A stretch of 64,000 nucleotides of DNA from Candidatus Dojkabacteria bacterium (lineage in GTDB: Bacteria > Patescibacteriota > Dojkabacteria > SC72 > JAFGCJ01): assembly GCA_016932785.1 (NCBI GenBank), contig JAFGCJ010000002.1:337777-401776 (forward strand), in the 5' to 3' direction. Below the pieces are notes generated by a model. That model saw only the letters and a list, made by a program, of their open reading frames with translations, was not told the origin of the DNA and searched no databases. The position numbers and the translations under genes were made by a program. Below are positions 1 through 12,100 of this stretch, piece after piece (the first letter of the stretch is position 1; every line of letters begins with the position of its first letter).

Positions 1-628
1 ATACCTCAGGGTCCAACACATCTAGATCAACGTGAAGATATACTTTATCATTGGACTTATTAAGAGCTTGCTCTATTATAGAACTAGGTTCATTATTTCC
101 ATCGATCATACATACGTTGTTTTCTCCTATATACTCAACCTCGGGCTGATCCAGGTCCCTCGTACCAACCTTAATTAGATTCTCAATGGGCATATTTGTA
201 CTACAAATATCCGTAAAAGATTTATCACCGTCTCCGATGAGCACCCTGAGAGGCATTCCATGCAACGTCGCACTGGGAGAAGATTCCGGTCTATTAAGAT
301 CTCCGTGGGCATCTATCCAGATAATTGACATACCCGGATATTTCTTTAATAGATAGCTAATAGTGACAATACAGAAACTACAATCTCCGCCAAGTGTAAA
401 CAGCATATCCGGATCCTTCTGGAAAAGACATTCCTTAAATAGGCGAAGGTCCTTAAGCAGAACATCATAATTAAGAATTTTATTCTTCTTTTCACTTCCC
501 GAAGTATCAAATTCTGGTACTATCTCAAATTCAAACCTATCTCGAAGATTTTCATATAGATATTCAACACCGGAATAGAGTTCATCGGTAGTACCAGAGC
601 CTTGCCAAAGAGGGAAATAAAAAAACAT
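1..628 (-). CDS. Arginase/ureohydrolase family protein (3' end runs off the window)
   Basis: Own translation from ATG at 628: MFFYFPLWQGSG...LGGDCS...WIDAHGDLN...HGMPLR...VGTRDLD...YLHVDLDVLDP, the arginase metal-binding motifs. Not in the ORF track. Confidence 0.9.
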   Translation of the reverse strand, partial: MFFYFPLWQGSGTTDELYSGVEYLYENLRDRFEFEIVPEFDTSGSEKKNKILNYDVLLKDLRLFKECLFQKDPDMLFTLGGDCSFCIVTISYLLKKYPGMSIIWIDAHGDLNRPESSPSATLHGMPLRVLIGDGDKSFTDICSTNMPIENLIKVGTRDLDQPEVEYIGENNVCMIDGNNEPSSIIEQALNKSNDKVYLHVDLDVLDPEV

Positions 629-814
629 ATTTATAATCGTAGAAAAATTTATTTGTCTATAGATCAACCTGAAATAACGTACCAATAAATACAACAAAAT
701 TCTGGAGTATTATAACTCAAAGAGTATTCATGGAAAAGACAAGTTCACCAATCTATTTAAATTTAAGTCCCTATATTCAACGATCATCACTCCATTGATA
801 TATAATTAAAAATA

Positions 815-1213
815 ATGAAAACATTTTTCGTTGTCATAGCTGTGGCAAAATATAAAGAAAAGATTTTACTGCTGAAAAGATCAGGGACCAGACATTTTTC
901 TCCGGAGAAATGGCAGCCAGTCTCCGGTTTTCCAAAAGAGAAGGAGTCGGCAGAAGAATGTGCACTACGTGAACTAAAAGAGGAAACGGGACTTACAGGG
1001 GAGATAAAAAATGAAAGTTCTGTATTTGAGTACGAAAACAAGTTCGGCCATTGGATAAACCTCGCATTTTTAATCGAGGTCCATAATACCAATGTCAACC
1101 TGAATCCTAAAGAACATTCAGATTTTGCATGGATTCTTCCAAAGGATTATGCTGAATTTGATTGTATCGAGGGCGTAAAGTTCGATTTGGAATTACTGGA
1201 ATTAGTGTCCTAG
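815..1213 (+). CDS. Nudix hydrolase
   Basis: Nudix box GFPKEKESAEECALRELKEETGL. Confidence 0.9.
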   Translation: MKTFFVVIAVAKYKEKILLLKRSGTRHFSPEKWQPVSGFPKEKESAEECALRELKEETGLTGEIKNESSVFEYENKFGHWINLAFLIEVHNTNVNLNPKEHSDFAWILPKDYAEFDCIEGVKFDLELLELVS

Positions 1214-1269
1214 ACTATCACTCAGGAGATGGATAAGTCTCCAAGAAAATATCAAATTCAAGTATACGA

Positions 1270-1308
1270 AAAGAGGTGCCGTATGGACAATCATATGAGC
1301 ACCTCTTT
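1270..1308. terminator. Hairpin between convergent genes, probable bidirectional terminator
   Basis: AAAGAGGTGC...GCACCTCTTT 10-bp inverted repeat, A/T-flanked, between stops at 1213 and 1333. Confidence 0.6.
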
Positions 1309-1332
1309 GTTTCCTTACCTAATCCAAAACGG

Positions 1333-2400
1333 CTAGTACTGTATGACCTTTATGAAGTCAACATCAAAATCCTGTTGAACAGTCAAAACACCTAATCCAG
1401 GATAGAAATGTACCCCATCAATTGGTTCCATATCATAGTTGTCGTTCCAGTATTCTATTCCAAGCGCTGGGAATGGTTCAGGAAGATCTGTCTCACCAAC
1501 AAATTCCTCATTAACCCAGAATTTGACATGTTGATCACCTGAAGAATTCTCTGACCACTCCATCTTAAACTCTACCCATTCATGAATATCCACTTCATTC
1601 TCAGCATATAACGTCTCTCTATACACTAGCATGTCAGCAATACTCGTATAGAATGGATTGTCAGTTTTAAACACTGAGACTCCTAAACCAACAAGCTCTG
1701 GAGCAGCATCACCTGAATCGTCTGAGATGAGCTCAAGACCCATTGATCTAACTACATGGAACTCATTATTAGGATAATCGGCCGGCATATTCCAAAGGTA
1801 GATACCGGAAGATCCAAGAAAATCACCCGTTCCATCGGCATTATAAACATCTGACCACCTGACCTTTGTCGTAAGAGTAACTGGGTGGCCTAGCTCCGGT
1901 TCCCACCTGTTCGGTTCGTAATATGAGAACCCATGCGGCTGATCATCTAAAGCAGTTTCGTGATACTCCAACAGATTACCGTATTCATCGTAAAAAATTG
2001 GAAGGAACGGCTTAATCGTAAGCCTCATAAATCCGTTACCGTCCAACTCTTCCTCGTGCGTCACACATTCAGTACCCCCCACAATAGGTGAATAAGGATC
2101 ACTGGGATCCAGCGGCACTTCTGTTGAGCACTCCAAATTGTATCCTCTTTCGACGTATCCATTACTGGTTATTGTCCACCAGTAAGGCTCGCCCTCCGTA
2201 GGAATACTTGGCGGAACACCGTACATAAGAAAAATACTGTATGGTGTCCCGTAGTCAAAGGTCTCAAAGTTGTCGAGAATCATATTGGGCTGTGTAAGAT
2301 TCACTGTATTTGCAGAAGCAACCCTTACACCGAAACCCATTATTATCCCAACAGAACCAAGAGCCACAATGACCATAATCATAAGTCTCTTGAGGGACAT
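1333..2400 (-). CDS. Secreted acidic hypothetical protein, possibly beta-sandwich (ConA/GH16-like)
   Basis: Start re-called at ATG 2400 with signal peptide MSLKRLMIMVIVALG...VASA. C-terminal HEWVEFKMEWS...VKFWVNEEFVG and FDVDFIKV resemble ConA-like strands. Confidence 0.5.
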   Translation of the reverse strand: MSLKRLMIMVIVALGSVGIIMGFGVRVASANTVNLTQPNMILDNFETFDYGTPYSIFLMYGVPPSIPTEGEPYWWTITSNGYVERGYNLECSTEVPLDPSDPYSPIVGGTECVTHEEELDGNGFMRLTIKPFLPIFYDEYGNLLEYHETALDDQPHGFSYYEPNRWEPELGHPVTLTTKVRWSDVYNADGTGDFLGSSGIYLWNMPADYPNNEFHVVRSMGLELISDDSGDAAPELVGLGVSVFKTDNPFYTSIADMLVYRETLYAENEVDIHEWVEFKMEWSENSSGDQHVKFWVNEEFVGETDLPEPFPALGIEYWNDNYDMEPIDGVHFYPGLGVLTVQQDFDVDFIKVIQY

Positions 2401-2665
2401 ACGGGAGAGGTAAAAATTTATTTTGGGAGAACGATAGACAAAGGAGGAATCGAACAATATTGTCTTTTTTGTTTCCCAGAAAGACTCTACTCTTACAGAC
2501 ACATCGTGTCAACAACCTATAATTAAATACTCCGCACACATGTTTTTTGCCCATATTACAGGGCTTAGAGCTACCCCCTAACTGTCAAATAATGACGACA
2601 AACACTATCGAGTCATCCTCATTACACTGACTCTGGTAAAATAATACAAATTTTAAGAAAATAAT

Positions 2666-3274
2666 ATGGAAACACTACGAAAAATAACAGAAGACGAGAT
2701 GATTGCACTCTTCTTAAAAGGAGAGTTGTCCTCTAGCAGATTCAAATCTGAAATCAACGATGCTGCAGAAAAACTAAAAATCGACACAAAGATATTGTCA
2801 CGTCCAAACCTCCAAAGCAATAATGAAAACCATCAACGTCGCGAACTTCTTGGCGAATTCAGAGGATATGGTAGAAACAAAGAATTGTTTGAAAATTTTC
2901 CGCAAAAGCTCGACTGGGAGATTGTAAAAATGAACAAAACAGAGTTATCAAAAGTTCTATACATTTCCTATAGCTATTGGCTAGAGCTATCAAACAATTC
3001 AAGACTTCCATCAAAGGCAGCAGAAAACATTCGAAAAGGGAAAATCGTTTACGACACACCAAATGACGGATTCATTAAGGCCGCAGAATTTCTTCGTGGT
3101 GGAGGCAGTTTCCCAATGATGATATTCGTAACAAACAGCTCTAGAAATAAAATCGTTGTGCTCGAGGGACACTTAAGACTTACCGCATACAATTTATCCC
3201 AAGAATGTATTCCAAAATCAATTGAAGCTGTACTGGGAGTTTCAGATGAGATTGAGAAATGGGATATGTTTTGA
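2666..3274 (+). CDS. Hypothetical protein with ParB/Srx-like motif
   Basis: 202-aa ORF; IVVLEGHLRLTA resembles the ParB/Srx DGxHR motif. Confidence 0.5.
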   Translation: METLRKITEDEMIALFLKGELSSSRFKSEINDAAEKLKIDTKILSRPNLQSNNENHQRRELLGEFRGYGRNKELFENFPQKLDWEIVKMNKTELSKVLYISYSYWLELSNNSRLPSKAAENIRKGKIVYDTPNDGFIKAAEFLRGGGSFPMMIFVTNSSRNKIVVLEGHLRLTAYNLSQECIPKSIEAVLGVSDEIEKWDMF

Positions 3275-3382
3275 TTTCGCTTTTCACTATGCCTCTTTCT
3301 AACTAAAAACGTCGATTTTCCTCTTTGTATATCTATTTCTGATACAATCATATCTACACTAACATTGAAATTACTCATTAAT

Positions 3383-3829
3383 ATGATTGAAAGTAAACCC
3401 TATACTGGAAAGGTATCGATAAAAGGCATCGTCTTTGAAGACGGAAAGATCTGGCTTCGAAAAAATGAAAGAAACGAATGGGAACTACCTGGAGGAAAAC
3501 TTGATGTCGGCGAACAGCCAGAAGAAACAGTCGTTAGAGAGCTAGAGGAGGAGCTCGGATTCAAGACTAAAGTTGAGAAAATTATCGACGCATCAATGTA
3601 CACAATTCAAAAATCACCTAACACCAAAGTTGACGTTCTCGTTATCACCTATCTGTGCGAGCTAATAGAGAAGGTCGGAGACTTTGAGACGATGGGCGAA
3701 GCAGGAAAAGCTGAATTCGCAAACTTCGGCACAGATGAAATTATCAGTTTGAAGATGCCAGAATTTTATAAAGAAGCTATAAGAAAAGCGCATAAGGTGA
3801 AAAATGTTCAAAAACTCCCAAGCACATGA
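3383..3829 (+). CDS. Nudix hydrolase
   Basis: WELPGGKLDVGEQPEETVVRELEEELG; ATG 3383 preferred over TTG 3365. Confidence 0.9.
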   Translation: MIESKPYTGKVSIKGIVFEDGKIWLRKNERNEWELPGGKLDVGEQPEETVVRELEEELGFKTKVEKIIDASMYTIQKSPNTKVDVLVITYLCELIEKVGDFETMGEAGKAEFANFGTDEIISLKMPEFYKEAIRKAHKVKNVQKLPST

Positions 3830-3881
3830 ATTGATTGCTAGTACAAAGGAGATTTTATCCCAGATGGAAACGCCAGATTTT

Positions 3882-4883
3882 TTATTGCTCAGTATATTCT
3901 AGAGATTTTAGATCGATTACAACAGTCCTTATATCACCATTCACCAAATAATCATAATCATTTGGAATAATATGAGCTTCATCCTCATCAACATAAACAA
4001 TTTCCGAGGGGTCAGAGGAAGGAAGCATCTCGAAGGTCACAATTACAGTTTTTTTCCGACTATCAAGATCAATTACCCCCGTTTCACCCGATTCAAGAGT
4101 GTAAACAACATACTCTTCGTTTGCTCCAAGACCCATCCAATGACTAGCGCCAAAAGCGTAAATCTCACGCTCTGATCCACCATTTACTGAATATTGATAA
4201 ATTTTTCCAGTATAGTTATCCTCATCTCCATCATTTTCTGTTACTTTGTACTTAGTGTAGTAGATATACTTACCGTTATACGAAAAAACTGGTGCAGCAA
4301 CATATTCTGCTACTGCTTTACCATCGACTTTTAGGACGGTGTAGTCATCCTCATATAGTACCAACTCTGCTTCATGTTCACCTCCAGTATTTCCTAGCTC
4401 CATCAAAATTTCACCCTCCGAGCGTCTCACTTCTACTCCTTTTTCAATATTCTCGTTATAATTCCTCATTGTTGCTATATCCTGATTATCCCCTTCAGTC
4501 AGGTCTCCGCTTTTGATTGACTCATACAGAGCATCCATATTTTCTTCTGACTGCTTTTCTTTATCCTCGTCTGATAGATATGCCTCTGTTAAAACGCTTT
4601 TATAAGTGATTTCATCAGTTTGCCACCACACTAAGTACCTGCGCTTCAACTTAACAAAATATACAGTGATATCACCATCTGAGTTGGTGGTAAAAACAGT
4701 AACCTTGGGAGCAAACAGATGAACTTTTGTTATTAGGGTTTTAGATTTATCAACTTGTTCGTACAGTTGATTTCCAAATGATTTAACAAACATTAATGGG
4801 ACAAAAAGTACAATACCTACCAAAAGTAATAGCCCTACTAAAATGTAATATAGTTTTTTATTTGACCAGAAATGGATTTTCAT
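3882..4883 (-). CDS. Membrane-anchored protein with C-terminal TolB/beta-propeller-like repeats
   Basis: N-terminal TM helix; APVFSYNGKYIYYT resembles a PD40/TolB blade; overlaps the upstream gene. Confidence 0.55.
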   Translation of the reverse strand: MKIHFWSNKKLYYILVGLLLLVGIVLFVPLMFVKSFGNQLYEQVDKSKTLITKVHLFAPKVTVFTTNSDGDITVYFVKLKRRYLVWWQTDEITYKSVLTEAYLSDEDKEKQSEENMDALYESIKSGDLTEGDNQDIATMRNYNENIEKGVEVRRSEGEILMELGNTGGEHEAELVLYEDDYTVLKVDGKAVAEYVAAPVFSYNGKYIYYTKYKVTENDGDEDNYTGKIYQYSVNGGSEREIYAFGASHWMGLGANEEYVVYTLESGETGVIDLDSRKKTVIVTFEMLPSSDPSEIVYVDEDEAHIIPNDYDYLVNGDIRTVVIDLKSLEYTEQ

Positions 4884-5436
4884 TCCATGCTTCGATCATA
4901 TTATAAAACTCCTCGAGACTATTAGTTATCTCATAACCAATATCCTTCACAACTACTTCTTTATCAAATTGATTATAGGGAGAAACAATATCTATACCTT
5001 CAGAAAAATCCGAGTGAAATAACACCACTTGCCTTGACTCACTAAGCTCTATGCCTGAGTCTAAATGGCCCAGATTCTTCATTCCTCCATCAGAGTATAC
5101 TATTTCAAAGTACTCCCCATTTTTTATTTCGTTATTGTTAACATTAAAAATAAACAGAAATCTCCTCTGATCTTGATAAAAAGTACCTTCTCCATCATCG
5201 TAATCAACATCGATATGGAAATACAAAATATCTTGTGAACATTTATTGAATTTAGGCTCATTTCCACTACCAGAATCCAAACAATAGTTTTTTAGGATTT
5301 TTACATCCTTTGGTTCATAAATGTAATTTCTCTTAGTATTAGTTAGAACCCAGAATACAAGAAAGAAAATATTGAGTATGAATGAAACAGTAAACAGACT
5401 TATCAGCACTATCTTCTTCAAAGGCATGTTTCTCAT
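4858..5436 (-). CDS. Membrane-anchored hypothetical protein
   Basis: 192 aa, single N-terminal TM helix, Cys pair. Confidence 0.65.
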   Translation of the reverse strand: MRNMPLKKIVLISLFTVSFILNIFFLVFWVLTNTKRNYIYEPKDVKILKNYCLDSGSGNEPKFNKCSQDILYFHIDVDYDDGEGTFYQDQRRFLFIFNVNNNEIKNGEYFEIVYSDGGMKNLGHLDSGIELSESRQVVLFHSDFSEGIDIVSPYNQFDKEVVVKDIGYEITNSLEEFYNMIEAWNENPFLVK

Positions 5437-5504
5437 TAATTACTTCCCTTCCGAAAAATTAATAAAGTAAAACTTGCGTTGTACCTAATTTTAGGAATAA
5501 AAAA

Positions 5505-6110
5505 TTAGATTTCCATCATACTAACTCTAATCTTGGTATCAGGATCTTCAATAAATTCTTTTTTAAATTCATCTTCCGAAAACCGAGGCTCGAACCTTAC
5601 ATATCCGACAACAATATTCTCGGAGTCATTCACACTCTCATAGCAAATCAAAACATAACCATCATCCAACCAAACAAATGCTGTATATTCTCCACGAATG
5701 CCAGATGTATAAATATATTCCATGTCCGATTGTCCATGTTCTTCCACAATTTTTTTATAAAGGCCTTCATCACCTGCCGCGAAACTTGTTTCAGATCTAT
5801 TTATCTCTGAACCATCCACATATACATATCCGTAACCAAGATATTCATACCGCCGAACTCCATTGACTTTCTCTTCTGTCTTGCCACCTTCATTGAATTC
5901 TATAAGATTTTCGTCCCCAATACATTCGAACAGCATATTTTCAAACTCTCCCAGCTTTTTTCCAATGGCATTATCTGTCACAAATAGCCTGTCTACCGGT
6001 TCGCAATCATACTCTTCCTTACCCAGAAAATGGTATACACCTACAACCGCAAACAGAATCATAATAAGAACACCTGTAATAAGTGTTACTGTCTTTTTTA
6101 CTTTCTTCAT
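5505..6110 (-). CDS. Membrane-anchored hypothetical protein
   Basis: 201 aa, N-terminal TM helix, starts 17 nt after the stop of the giant gene. Confidence 0.7.
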   Translation of the reverse strand: MKKVKKTVTLITGVLIMILFAVVGVYHFLGKEEYDCEPVDRLFVTDNAIGKKLGEFENMLFECIGDENLIEFNEGGKTEEKVNGVRRYEYLGYGYVYVDGSEINRSETSFAAGDEGLYKKIVEEHGQSDMEYIYTSGIRGEYTAFVWLDDGYVLICYESVNDSENIVVGYVRFEPRFSEDEFKKEFIEDPDTKIRVSMMEI

Positions 6111-6127
6111 GACTCAATAATAATAAA

Positions 6128-9100
6128 CTAAAACTTCTTATCAACAATCTTTTCTTTGTCTTCCAGTTTTTGCGTTCCGCCAGAAAAAGTACCCTTTTTA
6201 AACTGGAAAACTGCTACTGATTCAGCCCAATCCTCATAAGAATACGAGGATGCATAGTCAGTCACAAAATCTTCCAGAGTAATTGATTTAGAAGTATAGT
6301 CAACAGTCGTTGGTTTTGCCTTCGAATCAATAGCCCACGATTCGTAAATTACACTCATATTTTCAATCCATGAGATCTTAGAGAATTCACTCAACAGTTT
6401 TGCTGAATTACTAGCCTTATCGTATTCCTCATATGAATGTGCAAGTTCATGTGTAATCACAATTTTATATCCTTCTTCTTGATTAATATTTCCATACCGA
6501 GTGAACCCAGAAAAATTCATAGCACCATCGTAAACATATACATTCTTTGTCCCAGTATAATCATATGAAGCTGCGGCACTTGCATGACTTGCCTCCCTGA
6601 CAAACTCGTTTACATGACCATGATCATATAAATTACTTGGAAGGCTACCCAAGAGGCTATTTATCCATTCCAATTCCTTATCTGTCCAGCTTCCAGCCCC
6701 ATCCACAAGATCGATTCCATACTTGTCACCAATATTTCCTTTTTTATCTTCCTTTATCTCTACTGTATTACTCCTATCCGATATAAGTGGCTCATCCCCA
6801 GAAGTAAAAGAGATTTCTACATCACCATCTGCATTGGTATGAAATTTAGTTGTATCCCATATCTTTGTTTGAGTGAAGATTTTATCCCCAACATTTAGAT
6901 CATGTTTATCTTTGTTATCCAGCTCGAGATCTTTTTCCCATCTACCATCACTTGAATCGTTCCATATCCATCCAACATCTTGATCTTTTTTCCAAGGTCT
7001 ATCCTCTCTAAAATTGAGACCAACATGATCCAGCTCATCTTCAAATTTGATAGTTTCCTCATCAGTATACACATTTGAACAAAAAATAAAGCAGCTTTTA
7101 CCAAAAAAGCTTTTGTACTTAACTTCAAAGTCAGCCTTTCTATGCTTGTAAACAGCGACCCCATTCAATACAGCTTTAGAGCCATTATATTTAGTTGTTA
7201 CATAAGTAATCTCTGGGGCAGGAATGTAGTAGTCTTTGACCTTAATATCAAAGTCACCTCCCTCTTTTTTGGTAACCTCAAGATTGACCCAGGGTTTTCC
7301 TAAGCTATTTCCATCTTTCCCAGCCCATTTATCCTTATAGTTACCAGAAGGAGCAGTCGCACTTGCTGGCTTACCTCCTGAACTTGGAACACCGTCACAA
7401 ACAACATTACTCCCCCCTCCAATATATGCCCCTGGATTAACATCCTTACCATTAACATAAACCCCGAAATGCAGGTGCGTCCCTGCCTTATCACCGGATA
7501 AACTAGACCACACATTACCGGTATTACCCATATGACCAAGCTTTTCGCCTACATTATCAAGTCTCTCCCCAAGACCGACAACAGAAGGACTATCATTATC
7601 CAAGTGCCAATACGTTGAAACGATACCATTATCGTGTGTCACATCAACATAATTAGGAGAACCGCCTTTAACCCCACCCTGCTGTTTAACCTTAGTGGCC
7701 GTTCCTGGTGCCATTGGGTATATTGGTTCCCTCCAAGACACCTCAGGTCCGCCAAGCAAGGCAAAGTCCACACCTCCATGATCCGGTCTGGATGCTGTCC
7801 TGTATCCTGATGTAAGTACAACTTTGTCACTATGAACAGGATGGGAATACTCACCTCCAGGTGTATAACAAGCTGGACAGTCTCCACTTCTGACACTATC
7901 ACTAACTGAATCTGATTTGTTCTTCGCTCTGTCAACAACCTTTACTGTAGCAGTATACAATACGTCTCCACATGTTATTCTACCTATCAAATTACTAGTA
8001 GAGTATCTTCCGTGATTATCTAGATTTGCATTTAATACCCTACTATAATATCTTGAACTCACATGGATCTCTGCAGTTGCTCCGGCTTCTCCTTTTACTG
8101 ACAACGTTAGATACTCCTCTCCAATTGCACCGCGTTTATCAAGATATATCACCGGTTCCTCAGGCCTCACCGTATCCCTCTCAATTGTGTGCTTTGTAAG
8201 ACCTGACGCATTTCCAGCAGCGTCAGTAGATATTATTTGAACAGTATAATTTCCATCTTGGCACACCCCAGTCCTCCTTGTACCAATCATATTTACACAT
8301 CCGCTCCGCTCATCAGACGAACTTCCAAGAGGCACATTCTGATCCTTCACCTGGTTTCCAGGCGTTTGAGTAAAGATATATCTAGAAAAACTCTGAGGAC
8401 CAAAAGCTGTAAATTCAAGATCACTTAGGGATTCTGCATGAGTCACCAAGTTAATTGAGAGATCTTTTGTTACAGAGGCTTGATTACCCATTCTCCATTC
8501 AGGTGTTGGATCATAGCTCACACTTTTTGTTCTTATTACTTCTGGATTAATCGGTCGCTTGTTATCATAATAGACTACCTCATCTTCGGAAATAATTGAC
8601 TTGTTACCGGCACGGTCAACAGACTTTATTTGAAATACATAGTCTTTCCCGTTTTTCGTTAAAGGATAGTTGAAAGAATAGGCACAGACATCTTTGTCCT
8701 GAACATTTACTGTATCAGCGATCTTATCAGATGCAAGGCTTTGAGCACACTCTCCCGTAACAAGATCCGTTGTACTAACAAGCTTTGCGTCAACGTAGAA
8801 TTCCATATTTGTGTTTTCCTCTGACCATCCCTTAACCTTGATCTGATTCTCCTCATGCACAAACTCAGGAACCAGACGGCCCTCGGCGATATACCCTGGC
8901 TTAGTGTTAATACCATTGTAATTACCCCAATCACTTGTATCGATATTAGGTGTATTCGGTGAAGTATTATCTACAAAAAATACCTGACCCTCACGCACAG
9001 AATTACCGGCAAGGTCCGATACCTCAACCGTTGTGCAATACCTGCCTTCTACAGCATTACCCGAAAGGACAAACGAGCCATTAGCCTGAGAAAGATCATC

Positions 9101-12100
9101 AGAAGCCACAATAAGGTCATCTATTGCCCCCGTTTGGATCGGAAGAGGAGATGCAAGAAATCCCTGAAGAAACTTTTTTGAACGGCTGGTCTCCCAGAAA
9201 GGAAGATCTCCCCGATCTGACGATCTAAGATTACTCCCATAAATTTCATAGGTTGCACTACTATTTATACACTGATCCGGATCAGATGCCTCTTGTTTAT
9301 CTATTGATATAGCATAACTTAAGCTTTCATTTGCCAGTACATTAAGATCTACAACTGAACCCGATCTCCTCCATTGATTAGAGGTATTTACCTGATCAAT
9401 TTGCGGATCAATTTTATCGATAACAACAGTCTTGGGATCTATAGATTGAGAAGTATTCAAACCAAGAGTAGCAAAAACGTCCAGTGGAATAGTATAAACA
9501 CTTGTATCCGGACTGCTGTAATCTGGCACCGTAGAAACATCTACATTACAATTCCATATGCCTACTGCGCTGGCTGTCGTAGAACATATAGTATTACCTG
9601 AGTTATCCTTGACTTCAATTAGTGCCCCAGGATCGCTTGCTCCTTTTATCTGAATCAGCTTACTATTTGAATAAAAGATATCGTTATAATAATTAGTATT
9701 GGAAACAATTCCACCAACGACCTTATCAATATCTAAGATAATCGGGGTTAAAGGAATATTTCCGTCAACAGTAAAACCGGCTGTAAGACTTTGGACCTCT
9801 ACATCAAGTTTACCCTCGAATTTGACTTCATAAAGTCCCTGAAGACTAGATGGTAAAGGATAGTAAAAATCCCATGTACAGGTGGTACTGTTACATGCCG
9901 TGTAAGGTGTCGTACCATCAACAAATATTTTGTATAACTTAGTAACATTGTCTCCTGTAATATAACCGATATTATTCCAGTCAGTACTCGATGGGAGCAC
10001 GTCAACCATTGAATGATCCGCAAAAGATAATCGCACCCGTTCAGTTCCCTGGTAAACAGTAGACCGCATAATCACATACCTTAAAGCATCAATATCAGCC
10101 TGAGTTATATCTTCTCCGTTATCTAATTTATCAAGAATTGCCTGATATGCAGCAGGATCGTTCGTACCGGTGAGAGCCGGAATTATCTCGACATTTTCAA
10201 ACGGAGGATTTGATGTCGTAGTGACTTTTACCTGGTTTGAAGGAGGAGTCTCATTTCCGTATTTATCCAAGGCAGTCGCAGTAATATAATGCTCATCCTG
10301 AGAATTTACCCTGGGCAGCATAACAATTGTTGAAAAGAAACCGTTATCATCAACCGTGGTATAGTATTCAGTGTCACACTCACCCGAAATGGCCATCGTA
10401 TCTACACAAATCTTGACCTCAAGCATACTGTCAGTTCCTGTATTTGTCGATACAAGCGAAAGAGGTGCCTGGCCTTGAACATTGATAACTCCGCGACTGG
10501 AGTAACTATCATTCTTGGGATAAGTGATGACGACACTATCTGAAAGCTCTGTTGCTGCATATAAACTTGCAGGAGTTGTTTCAAAGTTAATCCCATCTGT
10601 AGTTAACACTTTCAATTGATAAGTATAGGTACCATCACCAACAAAATTGCCTCCAGTATCTCTGCCATCCCATGGGATACTATTAGGTGGCGTCCCCCCG
10701 GCAGTGAAAGATCTTACAACATTTCCGTCTGAATCTTTTATCTCAAGTTCATAGGTATCTATCTGACCATTTGTTGAAATATCTGTAAAATTCACTCCAT
10801 CCTGATTACCATCTCCATTCGGTGAAAAATACTCTATATCCGTATTAAGCGACAATGTTACAGCGAAAAGATCAACATTTACGGATATGGATTGACTGGA
10901 AGTATTTAGGCCAGTCGACGGATAAACATCGGCATTGTCTTTCGTATCTACTTGTATCTGGTTCGTGACATTACCTGGTGTTACAGTGTCCCTTTCTAAC
11001 TGGAAATCTACAACAGACCAATCACATATTTCTTTAATTCCATCAGTCTCAGGACTACCACTCGCATGACAGCTCGTGACTTCTACCCTGGAGGGATTTG
11101 AGACAGAATCAGAAACATCAAATGTCTCACTGTCTACCAATCCATCACCATCCAGATCCCCCAAAGGCAAACTCAAGTCTATCTGAGAATTTTTCTCAGC
11201 AGTTCCAGTAAGCTGAATTTTCGAATAATTAAATAGATTTCCTTCTGACGGAGAAACAAGATCGCTTTGAATATTGCTGTCTAACTCAAAATATTCAGTA
11301 CTATCAATTGCGGAGGTACCTGCTACATCGCTCGCTCTGGTAGTAATAGTATAGTCTCCATCAGGTGTCAGATCTGACGTAAATACAAATTTATAAGTAC
11401 AGGAAGGAGCACCGGAATTACCATAATTTCCAGGACCATCACACGTTTGCTGGATATTCCCCAAAGACGGCTGTGTGTTTACCCCATCATTCGCAAGCAC
11501 AAGCTCGCCGTTAACCGGATGCGTCAATGAAATGAAGAGACTATCGGAATCAATACCCGAGATGTACTCATTACTTCCGTCATCATATCCAGTATCTGAA
11601 AGGCTCACGGTAACCTCAGGTTTTCTATTGTTATTCAGATCGTCTGGAGAGACAGAATCAATTGAAGGAGCTGACCGTTCCTGGTAGTAGCTCACAACAA
11701 CCTGATTTGTGTTATGAACATAATCAGTAACATCGAAAGTGAACGTATTGGCTCCAAGAAGCAACGTGTCATCATAAGAGAATAGACCAAGACCGTCGAG
11801 AGTTAAAGCTGTCTGAACACTACTCTGATTGTTTGTAATACTTGCAACAGCATCAGCCTCCGTTTGTCCGTTTATAGTTATATCACTATCATTAAACCAA
11901 CTCCCGGACACCGGGGTAGAAATATTAATATCTGCGGGAATATTATCAACAATAACCACATTGGAATCGTCAACTTCTTCGTTACCAGCCTTATCGGTTA
12001 CACTGAGTCTTAGCGTATACGGACCATCCGGAACAAATGCACTACTGTTATCCCGCCCATCCCAAACAAATTGATGGGAAACTGGAGTTTCTGATCCTGC

